Below, in pieces: positions 7,592 to 17,482 of a DNA stretch of 56,382 nucleotides. The stretch is from positions 1 through 56,382 of the IMG/VR virus record IMGVR_UViG_3300049919_000129; one strand, written 5' to 3'. The notes below the pieces were generated by a model that was given only the letters and a program-made list of their open reading frames with translations, was not told the DNA's origin and searched no databases. Position 1 is the stretch's first letter, and each line of letters starts with the position of its first letter. The stretch comes from a virus. Taxonomy: Duplodnaviria > Caudoviricetes. The position numbers and the translations under genes are program-made.

Positions 7592-10588
7592 ATGCAATTA
7601 TTTGGCATCAATATCGAGAAGATCAAAACTGCGGAGGAAAAATCCGCAGCTATAGTGGCCCCATCCAATGAGGATGGGGCTTCTCAGATCGTATCCTCTG
7701 GAAGTGCATTCTTTGGCGTTTATCTAGACGTTGAAGGTGCAATCAAGAATGAGTCACAGGCTATACAGAGTTATCGTGAGATAGCTTCGTATGCCGAGGT
7801 TGATGCTGCCATTTCAGACATCGTGGATGAAGCTATCCCGAACGAAGATGATTCATCGCAAATCGATCTGATCTGTGATGAAGAGATATCGGAAAACATA
7901 CGAGAGAGCATTCAGGCTGAATTTAAAACAGTCCTGAATCTTCTTAATTTTGGAGATGTTGGTTCTGATGTTTTTCGCCAGTGGTATGTTGATGGTCGAA
8001 TTAATTATCAAGTTCTTGTGGATAAAAATAACCCAAATCGTGGAATCCTAGAACTGCGCAAGATCGAAGCTACCAAGATTAAAAAGATTCGTGAAATAAA
8101 AAAGGAAAAGTCTGAGTCCGGTGTTGATATCATCACAGGGGCGGAAGAGTATTTCTTGTTCAACGAAGCTGGATTTATCACCTCTGCTGGTCCAAGTTCT
8201 AATAGTGTTGCGGGGGCTGCTGTTGGAGTTAAACTAAGCCCAGACTCCGTAATTTATGTCCCCTCTGGTTTGACTGATGTTACAGGGCAGACAGTTCAAG
8301 GACATTTGCATAAAGCAATTCGCCCCGTCAACCAACTCAGGTTGATGGAAGACTCGCTGTTGATTAATCGTATCGCACGAGCACCCGAACGACGTATTTT
8401 TTATGTCGATGTTGGTACTTTACCAAAGGGTAAGGCAGACCAATATATGAAAGATATCATGAACCAATATCGTAATAAGATGGTTTATGACTCGGTTACT
8501 GGACAGGTGAAATCGGAAAAGAAACACCAGTGTTTGGCAATGGACACAAAAATCCCTCTGCTGGATGGCAGAACCCTAACAATCGAAGAAATCGCAAAAG
8601 AGTATTCTGCTGGGGAAACCCTATGGGCATATTCTTGCGATCCTATCACAGGCAAGTTCGCACCGGGTCTTATTTCATGGGCAGGGAAGACCCGTGAGAA
8701 TGCAGAGGTCTTGACCATCACGTTGGATAACGGAAAAACAATTACCTGCACCCCAGATCATAAATTTCCTGTGTGGAATAAGGGATTCGTCTCTGCAGAA
8801 GACTTACTGATCGGTGAGTCGATGGTTCCACACTATACTCGGGATGAAGTCCTAAACAAAAAAACGAACCAAAGAGACAGAAAACCTAAACCATATGCAC
8901 AAATTTTCGCAAATGATCTAAAAAAATGGCAATTCTTGCATCGAGCTGTTTCTGCTTGGAAGGATTCCGTTGGTATTGACAATGAATTCGTGTATAAAGA
9001 ATCCCGCTTTGATCTAGATAAGAAAACCATACATCATAAAAACTTCAACAAGTTTGACAATTCACCGGACAATCTCGTTCGCATGAATTCTTCTGATCAT
9101 GCGAATTATCATAGGAACATAATTTCTCTAGAAGTCAGACAAGCAATGGGAAGACATACTCGCGATCTAGGGCTTGGATTCTTTAATAGAAATCATCCAG
9201 AATATCATCAGTGGCATGTAAACGCAGGGCATTCTGGTGGAACCGCATCTTCTATCAGCGGGGCTTCGTTGGCCAACTACGCAAAGGGTCGCACAGTTCT
9301 GGCCGATCTGATGCAAGACCAAGAATGGAATTCGTGGTTTAGAGAGCAACAAACACTCGGATGGACTGCTGATCTACGGAAAAAATCTAGCGACAATGCA
9401 AAACTGCACGGGCTATCTGCAAAAGGAAATGCCGCCAAACAGGAGCTTTACGCAGACAAAGATTCTGATACCTGTAAGTTGCACTCCCTTCGATATAAGA
9501 CAGAGTATTCACAGAGCATAATTGAACACGTCATGTCTTATGCGCAGCAGCAGTTTAGTGCAAAAGAAGCAGCAAGACTCATCAACGAATGTTCTGATTT
9601 GGTTGCCGAATTTGCTGAAATGAACGCAGATAAAGTGATGTCGAATAAAGATTACTCAAAAATCACAGACGACGATGTGACTCGGATTGCATTGCATCTC
9701 GTTGGCGGATACACTAAACTAAAAGAATCGATGCAATTCAGGAATCATAAAATTGTTAATATCGAGCGGTTGACTGATCGCATGGACACTGGGTGTATAA
9801 CAATCGACGGCGAAGAAAAATACCATAATCATCACACCTTTGCATTGGATGCTGGAATTTATACCAGAAATTCGATGTTGGAAGATTACTGGCTTCCACG
9901 TAGAGACAATTCAAAGTCAACTGAAATCACTACTCTCCCCGGTGCCACAAATTTAAATCAAATTGATGATGTTACGATATTCAAGACGAATATGTACCAG
10001 TCATTAAATGTTCCAATGTCAAGAATGCAACCAGAGACTGGCTTTAGTCTTGGTCGCACCACGGAAATTTCAAGAGACGAATTAAAGTTTCAAAAGTTTA
10101 TTGACCGTCTTCGCAAAAAATTCAGTCAACTGTTCTACGATACCCTCAAGACCCAGCTGGTACTCAAGGGAGTTTGTAACGATATCGAATGGAAAGAACT
10201 TCGTGAGTATATCCATTTCAGATTCCAAAGAGATAATTTCTTCTCTGAATTAAAGAACCTTGACGTTCTTCAGGCTCGTATGGCAATCATGCCCCAGATC
10301 GACCCATACCTAGGTAAATACTTTAGTAAGTATTGGGTACAGAAAAACATCCTCAAGTTCACCGACGAAATGGTTGAGCAGATGGATCAGGAAATCTACG
10401 ACGAGAAAGACGATCCTATGGCTAAACCTTCATTCGCTGGTGGCATGGACCCTAGCATGATGGGAGGCGGAGGCGGAATGCCGCCTCCACCAATGGGAGG
10501 AGACCCTAGCGGTGCAGATGGGTCTGGTCAGGACGATGATGGACAAGATCAACAACAATTTCCGCTTCAAGGGCAACAGGGACAATGA
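7592..10588 (+). CDS. 20: Portal vertex protein gp20 containing an intein
   Basis: FRQWYVDGR, RIARAPERRIFYVDVG, SMLEDYWLPRR, EISRDELKF motifs; 447-aa insertion. Confidence 0.95.
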   Translation: MQLFGINIEKIKTAEEKSAAIVAPSNEDGASQIVSSGSAFFGVYLDVEGAIKNESQAIQSYREIASYAEVDAAISDIVDEAIPNEDDSSQIDLICDEEISENIRESIQAEFKTVLNLLNFGDVGSDVFRQWYVDGRINYQVLVDKNNPNRGILELRKIEATKIKKIREIKKEKSESGVDIITGAEEYFLFNEAGFITSAGPSSNSVAGAAVGVKLSPDSVIYVPSGLTDVTGQTVQGHLHKAIRPVNQLRLMEDSLLINRIARAPERRIFYVDVGTLPKGKADQYMKDIMNQYRNKMVYDSVTGQVKSEKKHQCLAMDTKIPLLDGRTLTIEEIAKEYSAGETLWAYSCDPITGKFAPGLISWAGKTRENAEVLTITLDNGKTITCTPDHKFPVWNKGFVSAEDLLIGESMVPHYTRDEVLNKKTNQRDRKPKPYAQIFANDLKKWQFLHRAVSAWKDSVGIDNEFVYKESRFDLDKKTIHHKNFNKFDNSPDNLVRMNSSDHANYHRNIISLEVRQAMGRHTRDLGLGFFNRNHPEYHQWHVNAGHSGGTASSISGASLANYAKGRTVLADLMQDQEWNSWFREQQTLGWTADLRKKSSDNAKLHGLSAKGNAAKQELYADKDSDTCKLHSLRYKTEYSQSIIEHVMSYAQQQFSAKEAARLINECSDLVAEFAEMNADKVMSNKDYSKITDDDVTRIALHLVGGYTKLKESMQFRNHKIVNIERLTDRMDTGCITIDGEEKYHNHHTFALDAGIYTRNSMLEDYWLPRRDNSKSTEITTLPGATNLNQIDDVTIFKTNMYQSLNVPMSRMQPETGFSLGRTTEISRDELKFQKFIDRLRKKFSQLFYDTLKTQLVLKGVCNDIEWKELREYIHFRFQRDNFFSELKNLDVLQARMAIMPQIDPYLGKYFSKYWVQKNILKFTDEMVEQMDQEIYDEKDDPMAKPSFAGGMDPSMMGGGGGMPPPPMGGDPSGADGSGQDDDGQDQQQFPLQGQQGQ
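8531..9871 (+). mobile_element. Contiguous intein with HNH endonuclease in portal
   Basis: KKHQ|CLAMDT ... TCTPDHKF ... IHHKNFNKFDNSPDNL (HNH) ... HTFALDAGIYTRN|SMLED. Confidence 0.92.
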
Positions 10589-10611
10589 ACATGAAAACAA
10601 AAGGAACCATT

Positions 10612-10968
10612 ATGACCATCAAACAAATTAAAGAAGACATTGCCGATATGATCGCCAAGGTCGCAGAAGGCAACGAGAAAGAAGCCTTTGCCATGTTTAA
10701 CCAGATCGTGTCACAACGAGCATCTGACGCCACAGAAGGCATCAAGCAAGATGTTATGCAAGCTCAATTTAATGGCGGTGTTCGTGAATCTGTAAATGAA
10801 GCATATGGGGACAAGAGAGACCATAAGAAAATCGACTTGCATCTCAAGACAGGAAAATATATTGCGTCAACCACATGGTCACCGAGTTGCGCACATGCAG
10901 TTAAACAGTACGAAGATAAAAACCCAGAACATAAAGGCCAAGTAAAAGCCTTTTACGCAGAGAAATAA
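10612..10968 (+). CDS. Prohead core protein gp67-like with C-terminal extension
   Basis: Position between gp20 and gp21; helical N half resembles gp67-type core proteins; VNE^A possible gp21 cut before a basic C domain. Confidence 0.5.
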   Translation: MTIKQIKEDIADMIAKVAEGNEKEAFAMFNQIVSQRASDATEGIKQDVMQAQFNGGVRESVNEAYGDKRDHKKIDLHLKTGKYIASTTWSPSCAHAVKQYEDKNPEHKGQVKAFYAEK

Positions 10969-10970
10969 TA

Positions 10971-11504
10971 ATGAAAGTAACTAAACTATCCCGTAGATTC
11001 ACCGTAACAGCCGCTGCTTGGGCCACAGGTGACTGGACGCTCACAACATCTGCTGCCCATGGCTTGACCGTTGGTGATGTAATCACCTTCACAGATGCAA
11101 AGATTCCTGTCGTTTATGTTGTTGCCACCATCGCAGGCACAACTGGATCAACAATTAAATTCACCCACGCAGATACAACGTTGAAGTTTAATGAGGTTAC
11201 ATGCGACTCTTTCAGCACTGGTGTTGCAGAAAGCAACGTGTTCACCTTTAGTTTTGTGGACACCATCAATGGATTGGTTCATGTTGTGTCAAACGGCACC
11301 GCGACTGTCACTGCAAAACTTCAGGGGTCTCTGGATAATATTCATTGGGTTGACCATGGGACTGCAACTGCAGTAACAGCAGGTTCCCAGTTGGAGATTC
11401 CGGTAACCAAGCCTTATGCATACGGCAAGATCGTTTTTACTGTTGCCCCAGCAAACTCTTCTGGTGCCATTAATAACATCAAGGTATTTAAAGCTGGATG
11501 CTGA
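10971..11504 (+). CDS. Hypothetical beta-rich protein, probably virion-associated
   Basis: Thr/Ala/Val-rich 177-aa ORF in head module; HGLTVGD and LQGSLD..W motifs. Confidence 0.5.
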   Translation: MKVTKLSRRFTVTAAAWATGDWTLTTSAAHGLTVGDVITFTDAKIPVVYVVATIAGTTGSTIKFTHADTTLKFNEVTCDSFSTGVAESNVFTFSFVDTINGLVHVVSNGTATVTAKLQGSLDNIHWVDHGTATAVTAGSQLEIPVTKPYAYGKIVFTVAPANSSGAINNIKVFKAGC

Positions 11505-11507
11505 TCC

Positions 11508-11810
11508 ATGTTTAAGAACGCAAAAGTAACTGATATGGGGAAAGATGGCATAGAGCATAAGCTCCCTGCCAACACTCCCCATGATGAAATCCATTCAACC
11601 TTAGCAGCTAATGGATTTCAACAGAGAAAGGGTGCGGACATAGGCATGTATCATAATCCAAAAACTGGGAAGAAAGCAATACTTCAGAAAACCGCAACAG
11701 GAAATTACGTTAGCGTATATGAAGATCACACACAGAAAAGCTTCTTAGAATCAACGAACAGGTTCATCGTTGAAATGCAAGAGAAGATTTGGAAAAGGGA
11801 AATGAAATGA
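11508..11810 (+). CDS. Hypothetical protein
   Basis: 100-aa ORF tightly packed between neighbours. Confidence 0.55.
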   Translation: MFKNAKVTDMGKDGIEHKLPANTPHDEIHSTLAANGFQQRKGADIGMYHNPKTGKKAILQKTATGNYVSVYEDHTQKSFLESTNRFIVEMQEKIWKREMK

Positions 11811-12439
11811 AATTTTTAGCTGAAATGAATGATCAGGTTGAGTGCCTAATCGAAAACACTATGCAAGGTAAAAAGTTTTATATTGAAGGCCCGTTCCTTT
11901 CATATGACACGCCAAACAAAAATAATCGAGTGTATTCTGAAAGCATCATGCGGCCTGCAGTAGGAAAATACATCAGCGAATATGTTGAGCCGAAGAGAGC
12001 AGTTGGTGAGTTAAACCACCCAGCAAGCCCTTCCATTAACCTAGATAGGGTTTCTCATATCATCGAATCGCTTAATTTTAGAGAGTCCACCAAGCATGTC
12101 ATCGGGAAGGCAAAACTTCTAGAGACCCCTATGGGAAAAATCGCTCAGCAGTTGATGGAAGGCGGAGTAAAGCTTGGGGTTTCGTCAAGAGGATTGGGCT
12201 CAGTAAAAATGATGGAAGGTCGTGGGTACGTTCAGAATGACTTCACCATTAACACAGTTGATATCGTAAATGATCCAAGTGGATTTGGATGTATGGTCGA
12301 CCCAATCCTAGAAAATGCAGAATGGATTCTCCGCAACGGCGAATGGTTACAAATCACGATTGATCACGCCAAGAAAAAGATTAACGAAGACACCGCAATT
12401 AAAGAATTCGCTAAGTTAATGAAGTTGTTGAAGGCTTAA
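11807..12439 (+). CDS. 21: Prohead protease gp21
   Basis: NKNNRVY, GELNHP, LGVSSRGLGS, DIVNDPS; start placed at ATG 11807. Confidence 0.95.
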   Translation: MKFLAEMNDQVECLIENTMQGKKFYIEGPFLSYDTPNKNNRVYSESIMRPAVGKYISEYVEPKRAVGELNHPASPSINLDRVSHIIESLNFRESTKHVIGKAKLLETPMGKIAQQLMEGGVKLGVSSRGLGSVKMMEGRGYVQNDFTINTVDIVNDPSGFGCMVDPILENAEWILRNGEWLQITIDHAKKKINEDTAIKEFAKLMKLLKA

Positions 12440-12572
12440 TTAACTTAGCATAAAAATTTATGGAGCGAATTATGTTCGCTGTGAAACCGCCAAAATAGTT
12501 CAATTAATTAGCATTGATTTTCATAAATTTGTCATTTATATGGAAAAAGTGGATTTGAGCTATGATGAGAAT

Positions 12573-12580
12573 GATAAATA
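12573..12580 (+). promoter_or_regulatory. Late promoter GATAAATA
   Basis: Upstream of GIY-YIG/gp22/gp23. Confidence 0.7.
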
Positions 12581-12612
12581 ATAATATGAATAATCAAGGA
12601 GTTACATAACAA

Positions 12613-12644
12613 GGCATCTCGCGGGACGGCAATCCCCAGATGCT
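12613..12644 (+). promoter_or_regulatory. Leader stem-loop upstream of GIY-YIG endonuclease
   Basis: GGCATCT-CGC-GGGA-CGGCAA-TCCC-C-AGATGCT, a GC-rich hairpin in an AT-rich spacer. Confidence 0.55.
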
Positions 12645-12676
12645 CTAATTCTAAAAATTTAAACAGGAGAATCAGC

Positions 12677-13276
12677 ATGGATATTTATGGGCCTCTTCCA
12701 TACGTCTACAAAGTAACAAACATAGAGGATGGTAGATTTTATATAGGATGTAGAAAAGAAAATGTTGGAAGGAATAGATATGCTTCCGACGATTTATTAA
12801 AGTTTTATTTTACTTCTGGGAAATTGAAAGATGATATCAAAAAATTTCCAGAGAAGTATAAATATGAAATATTGATGGAATTTGGAGATTTCGACGTTAT
12901 ATTTTGGTATGAACAAATTTTGATAAGGGAAAATATAAAAAATCCATTGAATATGAATTATCGGGTTATCGACCCAGATAATGGAACACAAAAGTTATGT
13001 GGGTCAAAAGAAACAGCGGTGCCTAGAATATGGACGGATGCAGAAAAATTGGAAAAGTCTAACCTGTATTCTGGGATTCCAAAATCAAAAGAATTTGTGG
13101 ATAATATAACAGCATATATGGCATCTCCAGAAAGTGAAGAACACAGAGCAAAAATGTTAGCGGGACTCAGGAAAAGAGCAGCATCTGGAATTCCTTGGGG
13201 GCACAGAGATAAACCATGGTCGCAGGCTAGAAGAGATGCGCATAATAGAAGGAAAAATAATGAATCTGGAAACTAG
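12677..13276 (+). CDS. GIY-YIG (Seg-like) homing endonuclease
   Basis: YVYKVTN...FYIG.R, YFTS, later E and LN motifs; inserted between gp21 and gp22. Confidence 0.85.
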   Translation: MDIYGPLPYVYKVTNIEDGRFYIGCRKENVGRNRYASDDLLKFYFTSGKLKDDIKKFPEKYKYEILMEFGDFDVIFWYEQILIRENIKNPLNMNYRVIDPDNGTQKLCGSKETAVPRIWTDAEKLEKSNLYSGIPKSKEFVDNITAYMASPESEEHRAKMLAGLRKRAASGIPWGHRDKPWSQARRDAHNRRKNNESGN

Positions 13277-14480
13277 AATCAAGCAACTGATGGAAGGTAA
13301 ATCAGAGGCAAAAACAGAAGACGAACTAATCGAAAAAGTTACCATTGAAAAGGGTGCTGGCTCCGACGAGGATATCGATATCAAGGGCGAAGAAGAAAAG
13401 GCCAAGGAAGATGGTGCCGACGTTTCTGATGACGGCGAAGAAGACGATGAAGAGAATACCGATGTCGCTAATGATGCCGAAATGAAGAAGAATAAGCTTG
13501 ATGTTAAAGAAGATTTCTCTGCTTCTGACTACAACAACAGCAAGACAAAACCCGGACTATCTAAGAAGGATGCTATGGAAAAAATCACCCCTGACACTCA
13601 CAAAGATGCTCAAGATGACAAAGGTCTAAACGCAAAACTAAAAGTCGGTCTTGGTAAGAAGGAAGCTTCACAACTAAAGAAAGCCTCAGCTGAACAGAAC
13701 CCAGCCAACTCAAAGAACGATGTCGACACCCAAAAGGGCGGCGCTGCATCAGTCAAAGAGCATATGGATGCGATGTTTGAAGGTGAAGACCTTTCAGAAG
13801 CATTTGTATCAAAAGCCGCTACGATTTTCGAAGCCGCTGTTGCCGATCAGGTAGCCCAGCGTTTGGCCGAAGAAGTCGAAGCTTTGCAAGAAGAATTCCA
13901 AGTTAAATTGGATGAAGCAGTTGAAGAAGTACAAGACGCACTTGTCGAAAATGTTGATGGATTCCTCAACAAAGTTGTGGAAATGTGGTTGGAAGACAAT
14001 GCCGTTGCACTGGAAAGTGGTATCAAAGTAGAAATGGTGACCTCCTTTATTGATGGAATGAAAACTCTGTTCACAGAGCACTACATTGAAGTACCAGAAG
14101 AAAAACTAAACGTTGTCGAAGAGCAAGCCGCTCAAATCGAACAGCTTAAGAAAGTGGCAATCACACTTGATGAATCAAACGACGAACTTTCAGCAGAACT
14201 CGTTGCTGTTAAGAAGGCCCGTCTTGTCGAGCATGCATCAAAGAGTTTGACCTCTATCCAAGCTGAGAAATTTGCCGGTCTGTGCGAAGGCATCGAGTTC
14301 ACTTCAAACACTGAATTTGAAAGCAAGATCAAAACCATCAAGGAAAGTTATTTCCCTGCAGGAAAGGTTAGTTCTGTTATCCCTGAAAAGGATGTTGCCG
14401 CAGTCGCTAAGGTTGAAGATCACCTAGATGCACATATGTCAGCATACTCGAAGGCGCTATCAGGCCCATTGAAGTTTTAA
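13260..14480 (+). CDS. 22: Prohead core scaffold protein gp22
   Basis: LSEAF..KAATIFEAAV, W..DN.VA.E.GIK.E, F..HYIEVPEEK, IKESYF; start placed at ATG 13260. Confidence 0.92.
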   Translation: MNLETRIKQLMEGKSEAKTEDELIEKVTIEKGAGSDEDIDIKGEEEKAKEDGADVSDDGEEDDEENTDVANDAEMKKNKLDVKEDFSASDYNNSKTKPGLSKKDAMEKITPDTHKDAQDDKGLNAKLKVGLGKKEASQLKKASAEQNPANSKNDVDTQKGGAASVKEHMDAMFEGEDLSEAFVSKAATIFEAAVADQVAQRLAEEVEALQEEFQVKLDEAVEEVQDALVENVDGFLNKVVEMWLEDNAVALESGIKVEMVTSFIDGMKTLFTEHYIEVPEEKLNVVEEQAAQIEQLKKVAITLDESNDELSAELVAVKKARLVEHASKSLTSIQAEKFAGLCEGIEFTSNTEFESKIKTIKESYFPAGKVSSVIPEKDVAAVAKVEDHLDAHMSAYSKALSGPLKF

Positions 14481-14513
14481 GAATCACCTACAATCACTAA
14501 AAGGAGCAATACA

Positions 14514-15830
14514 ATGTCATATTTGACCGAAGCACAACTAGCAGAAAAATGGACACCTGTCCTAGAGCACGCCGATCTTCCTAAGATCGAAGATTCATAC
14601 AAGCGTAAAGTCACAGCCGTTCTTCTAGAGAACCAACAGCACAGCCTTAACGAAGATCGCAAGATGCTTGCAGAAGCTGGCGAACAGGGTAACATGGTTG
14701 CTAACGTTGCCAAGTACGATCCAATCCTAATCGGTCTGGTTCGTCGTTCCATGCCACAACTTATCGCTTATGATATTTGTGGTGTTCAGCCGATGACTGG
14801 CCCGTCTGGTCTAGTTTTCTCACTCAAGTCACGCTTTGGTGGTTATGCCGCTAACGCTGATGCCGCTCTTCGCGACGAGGCTCTGTTTAACGAAGCCAAC
14901 TCTGCTTACTCTGGCGCTGGTACTCAAGCCGGTGGTAACCCAGTTGATGGTACTACTGGTCTTGGCCCTTGGGATGGTTCACCCGGTTACACCCACGGTA
15001 CCACTATGGCTACTGCTACTGCAGAAACCCTAACCCCAGCCGAGATGTCATTCAGCATCGAAAAGCAAACTGTTACCGCTGGTAGCCGCGCTCTGAAAGC
15101 TGAATACACCATCGAACTTCAGCAGGATTTGAAGAGCGTTCATGGTCTTGATGCCGAAGCCGAACTAAGCAACATTCTTTCGACTGAGATCACTGCCGAA
15201 ATGAACCGCGAAGTCGTTCGTCGTATCTACACTGCCGCTGTTACTGGTTGCGAAACTGGTACTGTTGCTACTGCCGGTACATTCGACCTCGATGTTGATG
15301 CAAATGGTCGTTGGTCAGTTGAGCGTTTCAAGGGTCTAATGTTCCAGATCGAGCGTGAAGCTAACCGTATTGCCCAGACTACCAAGCGTGGTCGTGGTAA
15401 CTTCATCCTCTGTTCCGCTGACGTGGCTTCCGCCCTTCAGATGGCTGGTGTTCTTGACTATAAGACTGGCATTCAAGCCAATCTAAATGTTGATGACAGT
15501 TCAACAACTTATGCCGGTATGCTAAATGGCAAGTATAAGGTTTATGTTGATCCGTATTCGGCCAACGGTGCTGCTAGCCAGTTCTGCGTGGTTGGTTACA
15601 AGGGTTCTAGCCCATTCGATGCAGGTATGTTCTACTGTCCATATATTCCTCTTCAGCTGCTTCGCGCTGTTGATCCTAACACCTTCCAGCCGAAGATTGG
15701 CTTCAAGACCCGTTATGGCATCGTTGGTAACCCAATGTCGAAGAATGGTGTTGCAATATCGAATGATATTGGTCTGACTGCACAGTCGAACAATTTCTAC
15801 CGCGCTTTCCGTATCACCAATCTAGCCTAA
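14514..15830 (+). CDS. 23: Major capsid protein gp23
   Basis: KW.PVL, GVQPMTGPSGL, SRALKAEYT.EL.QDLK.VHG, FQPKIGFKTRYG. Confidence 0.98.
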   Translation: MSYLTEAQLAEKWTPVLEHADLPKIEDSYKRKVTAVLLENQQHSLNEDRKMLAEAGEQGNMVANVAKYDPILIGLVRRSMPQLIAYDICGVQPMTGPSGLVFSLKSRFGGYAANADAALRDEALFNEANSAYSGAGTQAGGNPVDGTTGLGPWDGSPGYTHGTTMATATAETLTPAEMSFSIEKQTVTAGSRALKAEYTIELQQDLKSVHGLDAEAELSNILSTEITAEMNREVVRRIYTAAVTGCETGTVATAGTFDLDVDANGRWSVERFKGLMFQIEREANRIAQTTKRGRGNFILCSADVASALQMAGVLDYKTGIQANLNVDDSSTTYAGMLNGKYKVYVDPYSANGAASQFCVVGYKGSSPFDAGMFYCPYIPLQLLRAVDPNTFQPKIGFKTRYGIVGNPMSKNGVAISNDIGLTAQSNNFYRAFRITNLA

Positions 15831-15850
15831 GCTTTACTTTAGGCGAAAAG

Positions 15851-15875
15851 AAAAGCCCCTTAATTGGGGCTTTTT
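15851..15875 (+). terminator. Intrinsic terminator after gp23 (probably bidirectional)
   Basis: AAAAGCCCC-TTAATT-GGGGCTTTTT. Confidence 0.85.
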
Positions 15876-15885
15876 GTCGTCCAGA

Positions 15886-15924
15886 ATTTGACATAGAATC
15901 GACCATATGGTAAAATGATAAATA
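15886..15924 (+). promoter_or_regulatory. Composite sigma70 plus late promoter, copy 1 of a 39-bp direct repeat
   Basis: TTGACA-N17-TAAAAT directly followed by GATAAATA; ACCATATGGT palindrome. Confidence 0.8.
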
Positions 15925-15953
15925 TATAAAACAACCAAACATGAAAGACTGAT

Positions 15954-17417
15954 ATGAAAAATAAGATACTAGAAGTGCTTTATAAAAACGGCAGGCCGAT
16001 ATCAAGAAGATTCAATTCAGAATGGCTGCAGCATAATGAACCAGAACTCTTTAATGATATACTGTCAAATACATCATATCTAGTAGAATGTGATATTTCG
16101 TCTCGCGTACATACCGTCCTTAAGGATATAAAAGAACAGCCCGTGTGTAAAACATGCGGGACACCAACCACATATCCAAACACAGAAAGGACGGGGTTCA
16201 AAACTTACTGCAATTCTGCTTGTATGTCGAAAGACCCAAACTTATCTGCAATAATGAAGGTGAGAAAAGCAAAAACGGATCATGATGCGGCAAATGAAAA
16301 AAGAAAGGCTACGACAGTAGAAAAATATGGAGTCGAGTTCAACTCACAGCGCCCAGAAGTAAAAGAAATTTTACAAAAGTCAAAACTGGAAAAATCAAAT
16401 CCACTAGCCCTAGAAAAACTAATGGATCGTGATTGGCTGAACACCCAATATAATAAGAACAAAAGAACTGCTCTTGACATATCGCATGAGATTTTTGTGG
16501 ATTACACAACAGTAATATCATATTGTGAAAAGTTTGGATTCGAGATTAGGGCAGGCGGAAGCTCATCCCAATATGAGGAAAAAATATGCAGAATGCTGGA
16601 TTCTAATGAGATATCCTATATCCGCAGAACCAGAAAAATAATTTCACCGTATGAACTTGACATATATCTACCACAGTTTAATTTTGCCATTGAGGTTGAT
16701 GGATTATATTCGCATTCCTTTCCGAATTTTGAACGGGCTAAGGATAAGGGGTACCATTTAATGAAAACCAATATGTGCGAAAAGCTGGGAATTCACCTAA
16801 TGCATTTTACCTGCGAGCAAATATCCACCAAATGGGAAATCGTTGAGTCTATCATTTTAAACAAATGTAAAAAATCCAAAATGGTGTATGCAAGAAAATG
16901 TAATATCATTGATGTTTCACCAGAAAGGGCAACAGACTTCCTGAATAAAAACCACATACAGGGCAAGCTCGGTTCCACCATTAGACTTGGACTGGAATGC
17001 GATGGAGAATTGACTTCAATTATGACCTTTGGTAAGGCTAGATACGACGATTCTGAATACGAGCTTCTTCGATTCTGCAATAAAACAGGAGTGTCTGTGG
17101 TTGGTGGGGCCGGTAAATTATTCGCATGTTTCATAGAAAGGCATGCTCCAAAATCAGTTATGTCATTTGCAAATAAATTATGGGCGTCTGGTGCCATGTA
17201 CGCAGCACTAGGGTTTGTTCGTGAGAAAGACACGAAGATCGGATATTGCTGGACAGACAAAACGGTGACAATAAGTCGCTACAAGGCAATGAAACACAAT
17301 TTAGCATCTTGGCTACCTTCATATGACGATACCAAATCGGAAGCTGAAAACATGTTCGCGGCAAAATACCGTAGGATATGGGATTGTGGGCAGCAGGTGT
17401 GGAAATTTAGTAGGTGA
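15954..17417 (+). CDS. Hef-like putative homing endonuclease (Zn ribbon, HTH, PD-(D/E)xK/Vsr-like nuclease, GNAT-like C domain)
   Basis: CKTC...YCNSAC; ELDIYLP..AIEVDGLYSH; YARKC, NHIQG, ELLRFC, VVGGAGKL, RIWDCG. Confidence 0.75.
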   Translation: MKNKILEVLYKNGRPISRRFNSEWLQHNEPELFNDILSNTSYLVECDISSRVHTVLKDIKEQPVCKTCGTPTTYPNTERTGFKTYCNSACMSKDPNLSAIMKVRKAKTDHDAANEKRKATTVEKYGVEFNSQRPEVKEILQKSKLEKSNPLALEKLMDRDWLNTQYNKNKRTALDISHEIFVDYTTVISYCEKFGFEIRAGGSSSQYEEKICRMLDSNEISYIRRTRKIISPYELDIYLPQFNFAIEVDGLYSHSFPNFERAKDKGYHLMKTNMCEKLGIHLMHFTCEQISTKWEIVESIILNKCKKSKMVYARKCNIIDVSPERATDFLNKNHIQGKLGSTIRLGLECDGELTSIMTFGKARYDDSEYELLRFCNKTGVSVVGGAGKLFACFIERHAPKSVMSFANKLWASGAMYAALGFVREKDTKIGYCWTDKTVTISRYKAMKHNLASWLPSYDDTKSEAENMFAAKYRRIWDCGQQVWKFSR

Positions 17418-17455
17418 TTTGACAAAGAATCGACCATATGGTAAAATGATAAATA
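17417..17455 (+). promoter_or_regulatory. Composite sigma70 plus late promoter, copy 2
   Basis: 38/39 identical to 15886-15924. Confidence 0.8.
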
Positions 17456-17482
17456 CACATATCAACCAAATATAGGATTCCT

